A DNA stretch of 64,000 nt from Styela clava. Its lineage: Eukaryota. This document shows positions 12,301 to 21,900 of this stretch, piece after piece (the stretch's first letter is position 1; each line of letters starts with the position of its first letter). A program made the position numbers and the translations under genes. Location of the stretch: NCBI RefSeq assembly GCF_964204865.1, contig NC_135260.1, positions 6,944,001 through 7,008,000 on the forward strand, given 5' to 3'. Below the pieces are notes generated by a model. The model ran no database searches. It had not been told where the DNA came from and was given only the letters and a program-made list of their open reading frames with translations.

Positions 12301-12545
12301 AAAAATGGGAAACGACTAGCTTGCGAGAATAATAATATTGAATTAGAAATACGCAGAACTTTTTTCGCAAATATTTATGAATGCTTGAAAGTCGGCTTTC
12401 ATCTTCATTGCAACTAAAGCGCAGCAAAACGATATTAATTACACAGTATAGCCATCTTCACTTGAATGGTCATGATAGACTGTCCACTGATCAGCTGGGC
12501 ACTTATTGTTGAAAATTGTTGATATAACCAAGCCCGGGTCATTTC
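9340..12545. repeat. Hierarchical tandem array: three ~1.0-1.2 kb units, each with 3, 3 or 5 copies of a ~145-bp monomer
   Basis: Unit marker GCWTGGGCATT at ~9417, ~10629, ~11609. Monomer marker CTAGCTAGCGAGAAC-like at 9551, 9697, 9840; 10767, 10906, 11050; 11741, 11881, 12023, 12168, 12313. Confidence 0.9.
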
Positions 12546-14354
12546 TTTCTTTTTTCTTTCAGTTTGTTGCGTAGCTTCGTTATGTAGCTTAAATTGTAAA
12601 GTGTAAATTTGCCGCCACTTGTGAATAAATGGCGACGTTATTCTTGCAAAAAGCGTAACATTGTAAGGCTAATTGATGTAGTAATTTGAACTTCGTGCTT
12701 ATAAAATGATGTATTTTGTCAAGCGTGAGTGCCTCCGTCTTACTAGCCCGTCGGTTTGTTCTGCGAACCTGATGCTCGACCGGTCGTTGTTACCAATGTG
12801 GATGCAACATGTCATGTCCGTCAGTCTCAAAGGTCAAAGTTTATAGAATTCAAATCAGACTAATGCAATAAAATTCATACGCGATCATGACAGCGGAAAA
12901 ATACATGATCCGCAGGCAACATTGCCTCATTTTGCCGTTTTTATCCAATTCAAGCGATATTTCTTGAATAAAATACGACATACATTATTTATTTCTATTT
13001 CTATAGCAAGCATAAAAATGATAAGTACTTAACAAATATCGCACTGAGTAGACTTGACGTCACATAGACCCGATAAATGTCTCACTCCAGTGTTGCACAC
13101 TTATAATATATCAGATATATTAAACAAACACCACATTTGTCATTAGAACCAAAGCATATTCAAAAAGGGCGCTGAAAATATGATAATTTCATCGCAAAGC
13201 AGGTTCCTTTGCCGCAGTTTTTTGACTTTTGTACCTATATAGTTGATCATTGCTTTCTCTTGTTTATAATAGCATGGCAAGTAGAATAAAGTTAAATGTC
13301 AAATCTACTAATCTAGTTCAAATCATCAAAATATTATTCTTTCCTATTCATTACTACTTTGGATTAAATGAAAAATAATTATTTTTACAACTTATAAGCA
13401 ACGAAAAATTGATTATAATTATATGCTTATATTTTTGATGCCATGGATCTTGTAAATATTGTTTGAAAATTAATTAAATACAATTACAACGATTTGTAGT
13501 TGTGAGCAGTACAAAAGCAGTATTTTAGGCAGTACAGAAAAAATTAAGCAAATCGAAGTCGATACTGTCGATGTTTAATAAATTGAGTACGATAATCGAA
13601 GTACTTCTTCCTTGAGAACTTGACTTCCATATGCGTTGTGTACACACATATTTTCTGACAACAGTACTTGCTACCCTTGTTTGTCGATAAACATTAAAGT
13701 GAAAGAACACAAACTAATTGCTATCTCTGCAAAGATATAGAGCCATTATGTCGTCCTCGTGTTTATAAAAGTGTCAACCGTATCTATTTATCAAAGAAAA
13801 TATAGCTTAACTGTGTTTTGAGGATGACACATTAAACTATGAAGCAGTTTGACTTTAAAATGACAGCGTAGCGACGTTGTGCGATTTTTGTCGAAGAATT
13901 TAAATCAGGTGTTTGGAATTTTTATGGTTTTAGGTCATTAAGTTATTTAATAAATATTTAACCTCATGCCTATAAAGTTTTTTGCTAGCCATTAATTAGA
14001 AAATAATTTTCAATCTAGATTATCCCATATTGGTTTGCATCTTATCCAGAGTGTATGGATACATTTTTAAAAGTGTTTGACGAATATTAATTAAACGATG
14101 CAACTGCTGACATTTCATAATATTTTCCAAGTGTGGTTTATTCGTACCAACGTCTAGTACGATAAAATAATACAGGCCATTTTTTAAAGTGTGAATGATA
14201 AGCATACGTTGATATTTTTTGTGATGTTTGGTGTGATTTTCACTATTTGTATTTTGGACGAGTTTTATAATATGCTAATGTATTAATATTTAAAAATAGC
14301 ATTTGGGCATAGGCTAACTTGACGTCAGTGATCATAAACAAACAAGAAGAAAAT

Positions 14355-15749
14355 ATGAATTTTGAGATCGAGCAGGGTTCATTTAAAGAAATCAAAAGTA
14401 GATGGGAGCAAAAAGGGGAGAATAATTCATACGGCAATAATTCGCCGTCTGCAACTAAAATCGAAACGAGAGAGCAAAAACTCAAACGTTGGGCAGAATC
14501 GGAGAGAAGATATTGGGAAATGCAAAAGGCTAATAAAGAACAAAAATATCAAGATAAAATAACTATGGCGGAACGAAGGAAAACGATAAAAGAAGAGGTT
14601 GCCCGAAAGGCTGATGATGCTTCTGATAAAAAAGAAAATTTACGTGAAAACGAAAGGCAACAGGAGAAACTAACACGATGGGCAGCATCGGAGCAGAGAT
14701 ATTGGGAGGAACGAAAAGCTGCTCAAGCGCAGCGATATCGGGAAAGAAGACATCTAGAAGAACTTCGGAGAGGTGAAGAAAATGAAACAGATGATATTAC
14801 AGAAATACAAAAAGCTATAGAATATGACGTCGTACCGGAGACCAATGAGGTCAATGATCAGACGGAAAATAAAATACTAGATAAAAACGAAAATCAACAG
14901 GACAAAATTAAACGATGGGCAGCGTCGGAGCAGAGATATTGGGAGGAACGAAGAGCTGCTCAAGAACAGCGATATCAAGAAAAAAGATATATAGCAGAAC
15001 TCCAAAGAGCCGAAGAAGAGCAGCAGTATCAAGCTAGATATCAAGAAGAGCTTCGAAAAGCCGAAGAAGAGCAGCGAGTTCGAGACCAAATACGTCAAGA
15101 AGAGCTTCGAAAAGCTGAAGAAGAACAGCGAGTTCGAGAACAAAGACGTCAAGAAGAGCTTCAAAAGGCTGAAGAAGAGAAGCGCTATCAGGAAGCAATA
15201 CGTTTAGGAAAGCTTCGAAAAGCAGAAGATGACAAGCGCTATCAGGAGGAAATACGTCTGAACGAACTTCGAAGAGCTGAACAGGAGAAGCGATATCTGG
15301 AAAATAGACGTCGAGAACAACTTCGAAAATTTGCAGAAACGCAGCGAAATCAGAAAAGAAAGAATCCTGGAAAATGTATCCAGAAACACAAAGTTCTAAC
15401 AAAGAACAATAATGATATTGACTTTGACAACGTAATCAATGCTTTCCGTGGCAATGAGGAAAATTCCGCATCACAGAATGGATTTTCAGAAATTAATACG
15501 CATGGTGAAATTGCCGCTGGCGTCACTGGTGCCACGGAAACGTATCATGAAATTGCTGCTGGCGTCACTGGTGCCTCGCAAACGTATCATGAAATTGCTA
15601 CTGGCGTCACTGGTGCCACGCAAACGTATCATGAAATTGCTGCTGGCGTCACTGATGCCACGCAAACGTATCATGAAATTGCTGCTGGCGTCACTGGTTC
15701 CACGGAAACATATAGTGCAATGGAAGCTGTGGGATGCGTGGTATCTTAA
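14355..15749 (+). CDS. Intronless orphan protein, 464 aa: E/R/K/Q-rich helical repeats, 14-aa C-terminal repeats, terminal CaaX (CVVS)
   Basis: 1.4-kb uninterrupted ORF in AT-rich DNA. First ATG at 14355 (the track start 14319 is TTG). AATAAA at 15856 and 15928. No family recognised. Confidence 0.8.
   Translation: MNFEIEQGSFKEIKSRWEQKGENNSYGNNSPSATKIETREQKLKRWAESERRYWEMQKANKEQKYQDKITMAERRKTIKEEVARKADDASDKKENLRENERQQEKLTRWAASEQRYWEERKAAQAQRYRERRHLEELRRGEENETDDITEIQKAIEYDVVPETNEVNDQTENKILDKNENQQDKIKRWAASEQRYWEERRAAQEQRYQEKRYIAELQRAEEEQQYQARYQEELRKAEEEQRVRDQIRQEELRKAEEEQRVREQRRQEELQKAEEEKRYQEAIRLGKLRKAEDDKRYQEEIRLNELRRAEQEKRYLENRRREQLRKFAETQRNQKRKNPGKCIQKHKVLTKNNNDIDFDNVINAFRGNEENSASQNGFSEINTHGEIAAGVTGATETYHEIAAGVTGASQTYHEIATGVTGATQTYHEIAAGVTDATQTYHEIAAGVTGSTETYSAMEAVGCVVS
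15507..15713 (+). repeat. Coding minisatellite, five 42-nt units (EIAAGVTGATQTYH)
   Basis: Units start at 15507, 15549, 15591, 15633, 15675. Confidence 0.95.
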
Positions 15750-17011
15750 AGTAATCATAAACAGAGCTGAGCTTAAAGCACGAACATTTGTAGATTAGAC
15801 TTTACCTAGGAACACATGTTCCCTTTAATTCGATTAGTCCAGAGATTTGTATACAATAAAGTGATGTTTATTATATCATCAGTGGCAGTGGCAGTTTTCA
15901 GTTCAGTTCCTACGTGTTACAATTAACAATAAACTGTATTTGTAAGATTTGAAGCAATTACATCTTCGTAATTCCCGTACTTAATTGAATACACACGGAT
16001 AGAGTCGTTTGAATCACTTATCCCTCCGTTTTGTTAGAAATTGACCATTCTACATTAGTTTACAAATTATTTCACATCATGCCAATCTTTTTGATGTATT
16101 TGTTGCAATGTTTAGCATTTAACAAGATCTTGATTTGATTTTGTTATCCAATGGCAATACATTATTTCTATGAAATATTAAATAAGCAATGTAATTGTCA
16201 TTTGTATTGTTATTGTGAAGCAATATAAATTTTTTGCTTAGCACATTTTGTGTACTGTTTCTAATCTTTTACGATATTCCATATTCGAAAGCAAAACTAA
16301 ACAACAGTTTGATATTGAAATTTTTAAACGGGAATAGAGATAGCATTACTACAATATTATACCAAAATGTTGTCTACCGTCGGTAATCAGTAGTTTATTT
16401 TTTCACCACGCTGAAAATACGTTTCAGACATATAAATTACAATTAGTTTATTAAAAACCGCATTTCACGATGGAGACGCGGAAAATCAATACTGTTTATC
16501 GAGCAGCGACACTTTTAAAAAATTCTAACAGGAAATAATAGAAAAAGGTCGAGATGTATATGTTAAATAAAATAAGCACTAAATACTTCAACGCGACTTG
16601 GTATAACTAGATGAGGCAATCACCGACAATCTAAGTAGTAACCCTGGAGATAACAGTTCTGAGGCAGGTTCACAATCATACCATTGTGAGGTAACTAGGT
16701 CTCTTAGAGAATAATAAAATAATATTGCACGTTAGAGTGGGTGGCTCAGGCCAAGATGTGCAAATATTGTGGTAAACGAAAGCTGTGACAGCATTCTTCG
16801 TATACATGATTCGTGGGGAGCGTAACTGACGTATAAACAGCGTACATAAAAGGAAAAACGGCGCAGTTTGGCTTTTTCCAATTGTCAGTCAGAAGACTCC
16901 AAGAATCGAACTAGATGCAGGATCGGCCGTGGTTATCACTTCCAGGAATATATGACTCATGTTTGTCTCATTTCGGTTTGTATATTGCAAAATTTTTTTA
17001 CAAAACAAATT

Positions 17012-17247
17012 GGTGCTCCCGAAGTATGTGAACCAAGATGGCGGGCACCGAAACGTAGCATGTGTACCAGGTTAGAGTTAGGCTATAATTTTATTCCAAT
17101 TTTTCTTATTTTAGTTCTATTACAAATTCGGTGACTAGCCAAGTGACTCCCGTAGTATCTGTACCTGAAATTATGGCCTAACCCTAACCTGGTACACATA
17201 CTACGTTCTGGTGTCCGCCATCTTGGTTCACATACTTCGGGAGCACC
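17012..17247. mobile_element. Merlin-like MITE with ~75-bp TIRs
   Basis: GGTGCTCCCGAAGTATGTGAACCAAGATGGCGG...CCGCCATCTTGGTTCACATACTTCGGGAGCACC; absent at the equivalent site of the left arm. Confidence 0.9.
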
Positions 17248-17297
17248 AAAGAAAAATTCTTTGAGAAAGCCGCAAATCGTGAATTGAATATTTTATT

Positions 17298-18115
17298 TGT
17301 CGGCAGTCTGTGCGGTCTTAAGTTTTAGTTTAGTTCGGGTTCCTTCTATTGTATATCGTCATCGTGATGATTACCGCTGTTTCGTCGTCGTCATCATTAC
17401 TGTGTTGCTTTTCTTGCATCCGACGTGTCGCCTTTGTTGTCTTTCACGTGTCATCGTTTTACGTATTGAGTTTACACCATCATCCCTCTAAGCTCGGTGA
17501 GATTTTAGGATTGCATTTCTGGTGGTAGCAGTTCAGGATTTCATTTCTTGTTATGGCAGTTTAAGATAGCGTTGAGGTTTGAATTCATTTATTAGTCTCC
17601 ATTTATACTGTATTTCGAATTGTTCGATATAACAATATGATATTTGCATGTCTACAGCTCGTATTGTATTGCATTTATAGTTACTGTTTTACCTTGGTTG
17701 TATATCTGTCGTTTTGGGACTATTCTGTTATATGGAGTTGTTTTGTGTGAGTATTAGTTTTGGTGCTCCCGAAGTATGCGAACCAAGATGGCGAACATCG
17801 GAACGTAACATGGGTAACAGGTTAGGGTTAGGCGATAATTTCTTTCCAATTTCCCTTATTTTAGTCCTATTATCAGTTCGAAGACTAGCCAAGAGCCTCC
17901 CGTAGTATTTATACCTAAAATTATGGCCTAACCCTAACCTATACACATGTTACATTCCGATGTCCGCCATCTTGGTTCGCATACTTCGGGAGCCCCTTAG
18001 TTTTATATTCTGTATCATTTGTCTTTGATTTATTTGATGCTATTCATTTCACTTGTATTTTAGTCAACCGTTTTGAATATTCTTAATAAAATAAGTCTGG
18101 AAAAGCGACTTAACA
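17298..18115 (+). mobile_element. Candidate solo LTR (~575 bp once the nested MITE is removed)
   Basis: Insertion absent from the left arm; TGT...ACA termini; AATAAA at 18085, ~25 bp before the end; no clean TSD. Confidence 0.45.
17762..17996. mobile_element. Merlin-like MITE nested in the candidate LTR
   Basis: Same TIRs as 17012; perfect 8-bp TSD TTAGTTTT (17754-17761 / 17997-18004). GG termini plus an 8-bp TSD fit Merlin. Confidence 0.92.
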
Positions 18116-18911
18116 TTTCTGGGTCCCAAAAGTCCCAATCTTTTTGAGTTTTGAACAACGATAAAAGTACAATTATTTTGTAGGAGTCTTTCCTTTTATA
18201 ATTACCTCGTGTTTTAGCAATCTGGTCTCCAGTATAAAAGTCTTAGTATATGAAACCTTTAGAATCGAACCATTCCCAGTACCGATATTTTTAAAAGAAG
18301 CTTAACGCAGTAATTGATTGGCTTATTATATTTCAACTCGTTATTGTCGTGCCTGAAAGGTTAAATGGCTGATTGCTGCTGAATGTGGGTCGGTTTTAGT
18401 CTTCTTTTTATCTAGTATAATATGTCACTTGATAAATCGATATTTGAAACTAGACGCATTATCAATATTGGACAAACTGTCCCGATTACCTCTTTCAATT
18501 AGCTTAAACTCATTTGCGCCCACATGCGTCGACAAGTACTGGGTGCTCAATGAAGTCGTGGATATTTTTTATTTGCCATTTCAGTTGACTGATCTTATGT
18601 GTTCGTTTACCGATGCTTACATATGTTTTATAATATTGCGTTTATTTCCGTTTACATGAAAAATTTTGGTAAAGCAAAATTTTTGAAATCTGAGTTCTCT
18701 GAGTTCTAAAAATCTCAGCAAAAGGAATAAGAATTCTCACATTGATAGTTTGAATAGCACAAAAATCTAGCAATACAAAATAATGGAGGTATATCTGTAT
18801 TCAAGAAAAAAAATTGAGAATTTTCTTTGCAGTCTGCTACATATGCGAATTTCTACAATTCTTGAATATATATTTGATAAATGCAGTCGTTTCTTTCATA
18901 TAAATGTCGAA

Positions 18912-21900
18912 CTATGTTGACAAGACTGAAGTGGCATGTTTAAGAATGGCATTCCAGCAATTTCTGATGGCATTTTCGTTACACGCAGTAACACCGGTAG
19001 CTACTCGAAGAAAATAAATTCCTTCAACTTCTGGAGAAATCAAGAAGATATCTTTTGAATCATTGATATGTTTGAGCAGTTGTCTGTTGATCATGTTACT
19101 TTTCTGAAATGAATAAAATAGGGTCAACAAGGGATTCATTTCAATATGGTGAGAAAGTTATAAATCAAATAGCCATAGCTTAATCAACATTGAACGCTCA
19201 AACATCACAACATAAATTCCTGTTCAAAGATTAAATAAACCGAGATTTCATCTTAAAATGTACGCTTCTTGTTGTCGACGATTGTTCACCCCCATTCCCA
19301 AATTTGAGGTATCTTCAAGTGAAGTAAATCAATAAACTCCCACCTTTGTATCGTATTTGTAAATTATCAATCGAAAACAAACGACTCCCAATTCAACCGG
19401 GAAAACAACTTCAAACCGATCGTCGGTCTTGACGAAAGATTCAAACAGTTTTGCCATTTTTACGTCTTCTCTCACTCGGTGGCAAAGACCTTCAATTCCA
19501 ATTAGACGAAAAACAAACCACGGTTTGAGCGAACGAAATCGCCGACCGAAACCAACACCCAAGTGCTAAATGCAAACAGTTTTTTAGTCAATGAACATAT
19601 AATACAGAAAACAGGAATTCGTATTGTAATTTCGTAACGTAACGAAGTAAATATGTTTCTTTACCTTTTGTTAAATATAAAACTCAACTAACGCTTTCAC
19701 ATTTTTTGGTGTCTTATTATTTGTTTCTGTTCAAGTAAAATGCAGCAAAATGCAGCCAACGTTTGGCAGATATAACTTAGATTGTAATCAAATGGAGATT
19801 AATTTAGAACACCCACAAAGTCAATAGATTCAAAATATCCCAAATGTCATATCCCAAATGTCATTTTGACATAAAATTTATTATATATCATAGTACCATA
19901 CCCGGTAATCAATTACGACGTCCTCATCGTCGTGTCGAACGTAACTCGGGCCAACTTTAAAAGGTTCTGAATACGTTTTCCTGTCTTTCACCCTAGTGAA
20001 AATACCTTTATTATTATAACTCAAATAATGAATTTTAGTTTTGAAACTTTTGCAGCATTCTCAAGAGTTTTTTTTTTCACAGCCGAGATTTTTAATTTCA
20101 AAGAGCAGCGGGTAGACTAGACCTCAGATAGACTTGGGAACAGAATATATTATAATATATTTATTGTTAACATTTCATTTTATCTTTATTTTCTGAGTTA
20201 TATTGAGTTTGTTAATATGCAATGAGTTCTCACAGGTGCTGAAAAAATTATTAATTTTTGTCCATCAAAACGAATTGTCTAGTAACCAATACACAAGTAT
20301 GTACTGTACATAACTTGCATGTTTTTTAAATTAGAAACTTGCTGAAACTTCGATAAGCTAGTTTGACGTTTGATATAAATTTGATGTGACATACTATACT
20401 TTCCCACTATATTATCTATGCCAGTATTTCCCAAACGTTTTTCTGTCAGCGCCCCCTTGGACGACTTTTTAACTAGCAAACGCCCCCCTAACAAAAAAGT
20501 CAATGCAACTTTATTCCTCATTTATCATTATTCAAATGTGTGAAGGTTGAGCCTAGTAAAATGCCCTTCAGCTTGATAATATCTGGCTTTATTTCAGTCA
20601 AAAACAGTCTGGAGTCTACTCGTCTGACATTGTCAAGGGATCACTCTTGATATTTAAAAGTGCGGTCACTGCACTAAATACTCGCTCTACCAAAAATGAG
20701 CTGACAAGAGCAATAAAAAAACTTTCAACCCTATCTCACTCGAGAAGATTTTTCAATTTGTTTGTTCCGAAAAGTTTGGAACACTGAACATGAGTTTGAA
20801 AGTATAAACCCAATGAAAGTGGTGCATTTTCGCTTCTGAAAATTCAGGGTTATCTAAGAAACGGTAACCAAAAATTTCTTTACTATCTTCAAAAAAAATG
20901 TTTCATTTTATTCGCGCTTAAACTTCTGTTTGCGTTTGATTATACTCGGAAGTTTCGCAAAATTTTTAACCACCCACTTAGTTTTCTGCTGAAGCGCACC
21001 TTGTGCTATCGGGACATGGAAATGAAAGAGTCCAGGAAGGAAGCGCATGCCCTATGTGATATGTATCATTGTGAAAAAATACGGATTAAAAAAAAGTCAT
21101 ATCATCTATTCTACGTTGAGCGAGAATTTCCAACACCGATATCACAAGCAAACTAGTTTGAACCAAAACATAGGAGTAAATGGCATGAAATATCATACTT
21201 CTTGTGAGTTCCCGTATTGATTTCAGCGCCCCCCAATCGCCCAGTTTGACAGCCAGCGCCCCAAAATTGCCCAAATCGCCATCAGCGCCCCCAAGTTATG
21301 GCAAACGCCCACAAGGGGGCGTTTTCGCCCACTTTAGGAACCGCTGATCTATGCGAATGTATTGAATATTAATTTAATTGTCATATTATATAAAACAAAA
21401 ACACGACCGGACTCTTTCTAGCTTACTTACCAAAGAACGGAAAATTGATTGTTAATCATCAAGCACTTCTGTGAATTACATGTGATAGAATCCGCGTACT
21501 AAAAAGAAAAAACAAGAGAGCGATGCTTAAATATATTGGATACGAAAGTCATAAAGAAGTTGTATACCATCTGATATGTGACCACGGAACCACGCACGCA
21601 ATTTTAAATTTTGATGATGTATTCACACAAAACTTCGAAGTGAAATACGACAACAAGAAGCTTCAACCAATAAAAATTTAATTTAAAGCCATTATTCCAG
21701 TAGTTTGGTTCTGTAATGTCGCATGAAATTACATTTTTTGGTGACAGATATTATTTGAAAACACACCAGACACTGTGGTTTAACGTTGTTGTGGGTAAGG
21801 AAATACGTTTTCTTTAATTTACCTCGGTCACTTGTTTTTTATTACACTCATTGTATGATGAATTGTTATGTTTGACTGAGTTGGGACTCCGGACCCAGCT

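Noticed and set aside
9340-12545. CRISPR-like array
   Set aside because: Eukaryotic context; sequences between the conserved words are homologous to each other, not unique spacers; no cas genes.
15350-15798. Overlapping ORFs 15439-15798 (+), 15486-15758 (-) and other antisense ORFs over the orphan gene
   Set aside because: By-products of stop-free 42-nt and 54-nt repeats; no independent coding signal.
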